Shown here: piece after piece, positions 26,046 through 30,943 of the stretch | How positions within the stretch are numbered: the first letter of the stretch is position 1 | How the letters are laid out: each line of letters starts with the position of its first letter | NCBI GenBank assembly: GCA_021792015.1 | Contig: JAJYVM010000001.1 | Coordinates: 1-30,943 of the forward strand | Length of the DNA: 30,943 nucleotides | Source of the DNA: Bacillota bacterium | Lineage (GTDB): Bacteria; Bacillota; Sulfobacillia; RBS10-35; JAJYVM01 | Direction: 5' to 3' | Notes under the pieces: model-generated | The model's database searches: none | What the model was told of the DNA's origin: nothing | What the model saw: the letters and a program-made list of their open reading frames with translations, nothing else | Translations under genes and position numbers: made by a program

Positions 26046-26963
26046 GTGACCGACATCGCCGCCATCGCGGGCCAGCTGCGGCGCGACGAGCCTCTGGCCG
26101 GCCACACCACCCTGCGGATCGGGGGGCCAGCGGCCTGGTTCGTGCTGCCGGCCGACGAGGCCGCGCTGATCGCCGCCGTGACCTGGGCGCGCCAGGCGGG
26201 CGTGCCCTGCTGGCTCCTCGGCAACGGCAGCAACCTGCTGGTGCCGGATGAAGGCGTGGCCGGCTGCGTCGTGGCCACCGGCACGGCCTGCCGCTGGGTG
26301 CGGTGGGAGGCGGGGGGCATCGAGGTCGGCGCCGGCTACCCCGTGCAGCGGCTGCTGAACGAGGCTGGCCGCCATGGCCTCTCGGGGCTGGAGGGCCTGT
26401 CCGGCGTGCCCGGGACGGTTGGGGGCGCCGTGGTGATGAACGCGGGCACGGCCGCGGGCGAGACGTCGGGCGTCGTGGTCTCCGCGCGGGTCCTTCTGCC
26501 CACGGGCGAGGTCGCCGAGTGGGGCCCGGCGGATCTGGGCTTTGGCTACCGCAGCAGCCGCCTGCAGGCCCCTGGCCACGTGGTCCTCTCCGCACGCCTG
26601 CGCCTTCTGCCCGGCGACCCGGAGGCCATCCGCCGCGACCTCGCCGCCCGGGCCCGCCGCCGGCGGGACACCCAGCCGCTGGAGCTGCCGAGCGCCGGCA
26701 GCATCTGGACCAACCCGCCCGGCGATCACGCCGGCCGCCTGGTGGAGGCCGCGGCGTGCAAGGGCCTGCGCGTGGGCGATGCCATGGTCTCGCCCAAACA
26801 CGCCAACTTCATCGTCAACGTCGGCGCCGCCAGGGCCGCGGACGTCCTGGCCGTGATGCGAACCGTGCGCGCTCGCGTGCGCGAGCGCTTCGCCATCGTC
26901 CTGGAGCCGGAGATCCGCTGGATGCTGGGCCAGGAGGACCTTCACCACCGCCTGGACGCCTGA
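26046..26963 (+). CDS. murB: UDP-N-acetylenolpyruvoylglucosamine reductase
   Basis: HTT.RIGGPA, GNGSNLL, PGTVGGA..MNAG, QPL..PSAGS..NP, S.KHANF.VN, LE.E. GGAGG SD at 26034-26038 before GTG 26046. Confidence 0.95.
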   Translation: MTDIAAIAGQLRRDEPLAGHTTLRIGGPAAWFVLPADEAALIAAVTWARQAGVPCWLLGNGSNLLVPDEGVAGCVVATGTACRWVRWEAGGIEVGAGYPVQRLLNEAGRHGLSGLEGLSGVPGTVGGAVVMNAGTAAGETSGVVVSARVLLPTGEVAEWGPADLGFGYRSSRLQAPGHVVLSARLRLLPGDPEAIRRDLAARARRRRDTQPLELPSAGSIWTNPPGDHAGRLVEAAACKGLRVGDAMVSPKHANFIVNVGAARAADVLAVMRTVRARVRERFAIVLEPEIRWMLGQEDLHHRLDA

Positions 26964-26985
26964 AGGCGGCCGCACGGGCGCAGCG

Positions 26986-27002
26986 TGTCGAACGATTCGA
27001 CG
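26986..27002. promoter_or_regulatory. Inverted pair of Spo0A-type boxes
   Basis: TGTCGAA (exact 0A box) at 26986-26992 and TTCGACG (CGTCGAA on the minus strand, 6/7) at 26996-27002, intergenic. Confidence 0.45.
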
Positions 27003-27094
27003 AAAGTACCCTCACATCGCCAGCGGCCGCCGCGAAGGGCTACCCATGGGGCGACGGTTGTCCTCAATTCGCCGTGCCCCCGGGCGGTGTCGCA

Positions 27095-29062
27095 GTGGCG
27101 GGAAGCAAGCGCGGCTTCTGGGCGCGACTGGTCGACTGGTTCACGATCGAGGTCGAGGAGCCGGTGCTCGACGAGCTCGACCAGGATGGTCGGACGGCCT
27201 GGGAGGAGGCGGCGGCAGCCGCCGAGTACCTGCCGCCGGCGGCGTCGATCGCGCCTCCGGTGCCGGCGGGCCCGCCGCCCGCGGCGTCTCCGGCCCCGCG
27301 GCCGGCCGCCGGGCGCAGGCGGGGCCTCGTCGAGCGGGCCTTCGATTGGATGGCGGCCGAGGATCCGGAGCCCGCCGGCCAGCGCGGGCACGCGGCCGCA
27401 ACGGCGGGCAGGGTGGCGGCGGCACCGGCGCGAGACCGCCGGGCGCCCGCGGACACCGCCGTCGCCGCCTTCGCCCTCATGCTGGGCTCGCTGGTCGAGC
27501 TCGGAAGCGTGGTGCGCGCGCACGCGGCCAGCGTGTTGCACCCGTCACGGCGCCCCCGCGCCGCGGGTCGCGCCTCGGCATCGGGCCGGCTGCGGGAAGG
27601 CTGGCTCGCCGGGACGGGGGCGATCGGCTCGGCGATCGCGGGCACGGCGGCGGTCCGCACACAACGCCCGCCGGCAGCGCCCCGGCAGGCTCCCACCCGC
27701 AGGTCCGTCGCGGCCCCGCCGGCCGCCTCCCGGCGGTTTGTGGGCGGCCGCCTGGTGGTCTTGCTGGCGGCGCTGGCCGTGGCCGGGCTGGGGGTCCGCC
27801 TGGCCGTGGGCGGGCACGCGGTGGCGGACGGGCCCGCCGTCCCAACGGCGCGGGACATCGCCGTCGCGCGGGCCCAGGTCGCGGCGGCCGCCTCCGCCAG
27901 CGCGGCCCAGGACGCCCAGGCGGCCGGGGGGAGGATCCGGACGCAGCTCGCCACCGCCCAGCGGGCGGCGCAGCAGGTGGCCAGCCTGGCCACGCCGGCC
28001 CTTGCGCGCCAGCCGTCCGCCCAAGACCCGTCGGGGCCCCTGGCCACCCTGCAGTTGCTGCAGTCCCAGGCCGCGGCAACCGTCACCGCGATCGGCCACG
28101 ACGTGAGCACCGCCGAGGGCGGGGTCGCGGCGGCCGCCTCCGACCCGTTGGCCGCCAAGCAGGCGGCTGCAGCGGCCGCCACGGCGAAGGCGGCCCTCGC
28201 CGCCGCCCAGGGGGGAGCCAGCCAGATCGCGGCCCTGGTGCCCCCAGCCCAGCGCGCGGCCGCGACCTGGCGGCAGATTCATACGGCGCCGCCGGGGACG
28301 CTCGGCGTCACCACCCAGGATCCGCCCGCCGGCTGGGGCGTGCGGGGGTGTGAGGTGCGCACGGTGGCGCCGGGCGGGGCCGGGCAGCGGCTGGGGCTGG
28401 TCGGGGCCGCCGGGTTCCTCCACCCCGTGGGCGACGTGATCACCCTCGTGCGCGACACGACGGACGGCAACGCCTCCTGGCCGGTCGCGAGCTGCGCCGC
28501 CCTGCAGGCGGCCATGGCCCAGAGCCGGGCCGGCGACCGCATCACGGTCTCGTACGAGCAGCGGGCGACCGTGGACCTTGTGCTGGGCTTCTGGCTCTCC
28601 CACACCGGCACGGTCGTACTCGGGCAGGGGGGCGCGGCCCAGAGCGTCTGCCCCGGCCCCCTGACGGGTCGCACGGGACCCGGCGGCACCGTGCCGCTCA
28701 CCGTCGCCGTCTCCGGACCCGCCGGCACGCGGCCGGGCGTCGCCGTCACCATCGACCCGGCCGGGGGGATCAGCTACTTCCCCGACGCCCTGCTGCGTGC
28801 CCTGGGCTACCGGCCCTACCAGTCGGAGTCCGGCAGCGGCGTGCTGCCCGGCTCGAAGGCGACCGTCAACCTGTATAACGTGCCGGGGTCGTCCCTGACG
28901 GTTCAGGATCACGGGCAGGCGGTCCCGCTGGCCGACGGCATTCTGAGCGTGGTGGGCGTCCCGGGCGGGAGCGGCTCGGTGGTGGGGGCGGCCGTCCTCA
29001 GTCAGGGCGCCCAGCTCACCGTCAGCGGCGGGACATGGTCGCTGACACCGCCGTGCCACTGA
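27095..29062 (+). CDS. Bitopic membrane protein: duplicated amphipathic motif, TM, Ala/Gln coiled coil, PDZ-like and retropepsin-like domains
   Basis: TM about 27752-27814. PDZ-like LGV..G..V..V.PG...GL...GDVI..V...V.S...L.......GD.I.V.Y. C-terminal IDPAGGISYFP..LL..LG ... VVG..VL. Start uncertain (GTG 27074 or 27095); the upstream part of ORF 26303..29062 overlaps murB in another frame. Confidence 0.75.
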   Translation: MAGSKRGFWARLVDWFTIEVEEPVLDELDQDGRTAWEEAAAAAEYLPPAASIAPPVPAGPPPAASPAPRPAAGRRRGLVERAFDWMAAEDPEPAGQRGHAAATAGRVAAAPARDRRAPADTAVAAFALMLGSLVELGSVVRAHAASVLHPSRRPRAAGRASASGRLREGWLAGTGAIGSAIAGTAAVRTQRPPAAPRQAPTRRSVAAPPAASRRFVGGRLVVLLAALAVAGLGVRLAVGGHAVADGPAVPTARDIAVARAQVAAAASASAAQDAQAAGGRIRTQLATAQRAAQQVASLATPALARQPSAQDPSGPLATLQLLQSQAAATVTAIGHDVSTAEGGVAAAASDPLAAKQAAAAAATAKAALAAAQGGASQIAALVPPAQRAAATWRQIHTAPPGTLGVTTQDPPAGWGVRGCEVRTVAPGGAGQRLGLVGAAGFLHPVGDVITLVRDTTDGNASWPVASCAALQAAMAQSRAGDRITVSYEQRATVDLVLGFWLSHTGTVVLGQGGAAQSVCPGPLTGRTGPGGTVPLTVAVSGPAGTRPGVAVTIDPAGGISYFPDALLRALGYRPYQSESGSGVLPGSKATVNLYNVPGSSLTVQDHGQAVPLADGILSVVGVPGGSGSVVGAAVLSQGAQLTVSGGTWSLTPPCH

Positions 29063-29212
29063 ACGCATCGCGTACGGACAGAGCCCTCCCCAGCGGGCAT
29101 GCGGGCCCCTCGAGGCGGGCGGCGAGGTCGGCGAGCGCCTCGGATGCCGCGGCCGCGCGTCGAGCGCCGGAGCATGGACGGCCTTGCGGCGCGCAGTGGG
29201 CGAGGCGGCCGC

Positions 29213-30667
29213 CTACGGGCGGGCGCGCGCCTGCTCCCTGCCGCGCACGGCCGAGGTCACGAGGCCGATCACGGCCAGGGCCGCCGCCAGGGTGTACGAG
29301 GCGTGCAGTCCGCGGAGGAACGCGCCCTGGAACGACGGGGACGGCGCGGCGGCCGCCGCGCCGGGCGAAGCGCCCAGCTGGTTTCCACCCAGCCCTGAGG
29401 CATGCGCGAACAGGGCCGCGGTGAGGCCGATCCCTAGCGCCATGCCGAGGTAGCGCATCATCGCCAGCACCCCGCCGGCGATGCCGCGGCGGCGGCCCGG
29501 GGCGGCGCCCATGACCGCGCTGTTGTTGGGGGCGCTGAACAGGCCGTTGCCGGCGCCGAACAGGGCCAGCTCGCCGGCGATACGCAGGGGGGAATCACCC
29601 ATGCCGAGGCGGGCGATCAAGAGCAGCGCCGCGATCTGGACCGCCATGCCGCTGACGGCCAGCAGGCGGCTGCCGATGCGGTCGGAGAGGCGCCCGGCCA
29701 GGGGGGCCGTGAGCATCATCATCAGCGGGAAGGCGGTCAACACCAGGCCCGTCTGCTCCGGGCTCATCCGGCGCAGGGTCTCCAGGTAGAACGGCATCAG
29801 GAACGTGACGGCGAACTGGGCCAGGAAATTGAGCAGCGTGGCCGTGCTGGCGGCCGCGAACACCCGGTGGCGGAAGAGGTTCAGGTCCAGCATGGGGAAG
29901 CGGTAGCGGAGCTCGCGGAGGATGAAGGCGAACAGGCCGCCGGCGCCCAGGGCGAAGAGCGCCACCACGGGCGGGGTGCCGAAGCCGTTGGTCGGGCCGA
30001 GGGAGAGCGCCGAGAGGATGCCGAGGAACGCCACGGCGGCCAGGGCGGCGCCGGGGATGTCGAACGGCTCGGCGACGCGCGTCCTGCTGGCGGGCAGGAT
30101 GCGGGACGACCAGATCACGCCGATGATGCCCACCGGCACGTTGACGAAGAAGATCCACGGCCAGCCGAGGGAGCCGGTCAGAAGCCCGCCGAGGGGCGGG
30201 CCCAGGGCGAGGCCGAGGGCGACCACGACGCCGTTCAGCCCGAGGGCCTGCCCGAGCTCGGAGGCCGGGAAGGCCTCCGTGATGATGCCGGGGCCGACCG
30301 ACAGCAGCATGCCACCGCCGATGGCCTGCAGGATGCGCCAGGCGACCAGCAGGCCCAGGGCGTGCGAAAGGCCGCAGAGCAGGGAGCCGGCGCTGAACAG
30401 GGCCATGCCGACGAGGTAGATGCGGCGCAGGCCGATCAGGTCGCCGAGGCGGCCCCAGGTGAGGACGGTGGTGCCGACCACCAGCAGGTAGGCCGTCGCC
30501 ACCCACTCGACCGACGTCAGGTCGGCCCGCAGCGAGGCCGACATGGCGGGGAGGGCGACGTTGATGATGCTGCCGTCGAGCGGGGTCATCAGCGAGCCGA
30601 AGGCGACGGCGGTCAGGATCCACCAGCGTCGCGGATCACCGGCTTGGGCGGAGCGCGCTGCCGTCAT
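29213..30667 (-). CDS. MFS drug:H+ antiporter (DHA2/EmrB-QacA type, 14 TMS)
   Basis: LDGSIINVALP, WV.TAYLL, WGRLGDLIG.RR, LGPPLGG.L, W.WIFFVNVPVG, LDL.LF, AGRLSDRIG.R. Confidence 0.93.
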   Translation of the reverse strand: MTAARSAQAGDPRRWWILTAVAFGSLMTPLDGSIINVALPAMSASLRADLTSVEWVATAYLLVVGTTVLTWGRLGDLIGLRRIYLVGMALFSAGSLLCGLSHALGLLVAWRILQAIGGGMLLSVGPGIITEAFPASELGQALGLNGVVVALGLALGPPLGGLLTGSLGWPWIFFVNVPVGIIGVIWSSRILPASRTRVAEPFDIPGAALAAVAFLGILSALSLGPTNGFGTPPVVALFALGAGGLFAFILRELRYRFPMLDLNLFRHRVFAAASTATLLNFLAQFAVTFLMPFYLETLRRMSPEQTGLVLTAFPLMMMLTAPLAGRLSDRIGSRLLAVSGMAVQIAALLLIARLGMGDSPLRIAGELALFGAGNGLFSAPNNSAVMGAAPGRRRGIAGGVLAMMRYLGMALGIGLTAALFAHASGLGGNQLGASPGAAAAAPSPSFQGAFLRGLHASYTLAAALAVIGLVTSAVRGREQARARP

Positions 30668-30726
30668 GGCCCCATTTTACAGGAGGGGGCACCCCCACAG
30701 AGCAACCCAGGGATCTGGGGGAGGCG

Positions 30727-30733
30727 TGTCGAA
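30727..30733 (+). promoter_or_regulatory. Spo0A-type box in the MFS/SIMPL divergent intergenic region
   Basis: TGTCGAA within GCGTGTCGAAC, the same 11-mer as at 26983-26993. Confidence 0.35.
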
Positions 30734-30796
30734 CTTGGAGGGACCTTGCAGGGTAGCCACCCCATGGTAGTCCCCCGGAAGGCGGTCGATGACGAC

Positions 30797-30943
30797 ATGG
30801 TGCGCAGATGGGCGGCGGCGCTCACGGTACTGGCCGTGATGGCCATGCAGGCGGGGGCGTGGGCGGCGAGCAGCAGCTCGACCCCGTCCCTACCCCTTGA
30901 GCTCAGTGGAGCCATCTCGGTGAGCGGCCGTGGGACGGTAGAT
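30797..30943 (+). CDS. Secreted protein, probably SIMPL (DUF541) domain; truncated by the window end
   Basis: MVRRWAAALTVLAVMAMQAGAWA signal peptide followed by AISVSGRGTVD, resembling the SIMPL first strand. Not in the ORF track because there is no stop. Confidence 0.55.
   Translation, partial: MVRRWAAALTVLAVMAMQAGAWAASSSSTPSLPLELSGAISVSGRGTVD

Noticed and set aside
26987-27001. LexA (Cheo) SOS box
   Set aside because: The spacing and right half do not fit GAAC-N4-GTTC; a Spo0A-type reading fits better.

Overview
Very GC-rich chromosomal window, most consistent with a high-GC Bacillota (Firmicutes) genome. This rests on a T-box leader, Firmicute-style MraZ/FtsL and candidate Spo0A boxes. 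Left to right it contains: tgt; a tightly coupled methylmalonyl-CoA operon (split B12 mutase, epimerase, carboxyltransferase, small subunit, biotin carrier) extended by a small unknown gene and 5-formyl-THF cyclo-ligase; a secreted protein with an HxC motif; an AraC regulator, a 43-codon serine-hydrolase remnant and a Nudix gene; a MocR regulator divergent from yciI-ilvE-eamA (eamA frameshifted); T-box-controlled serS; tRNA-Ala(CGC); a small Zn-ribbon gene; a dcw cluster (mraZ rsmH ftsL murE murF mraY ftsW murG murC murB); an unusual bitopic membrane protein; an MFS exporter; and the start of a SIMPL-like gene. The most unusual features are in and after the dcw cluster. It lacks ftsI/spoVD, murD and divIB/ftsA/ftsZ. 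Three of its junctions carry tandem arrays of related hairpin-forming repeats, two of them spanned by short ORFs that run from one gene's stop to the next gene's start. The divIB position holds a protein with duplicated amphipathic motif, TM, coiled coil, PDZ and a degenerate retropepsin-like domain, preceded by inverted Spo0A-type boxes. All family assignments come from motif recognition by eye, without database searches.
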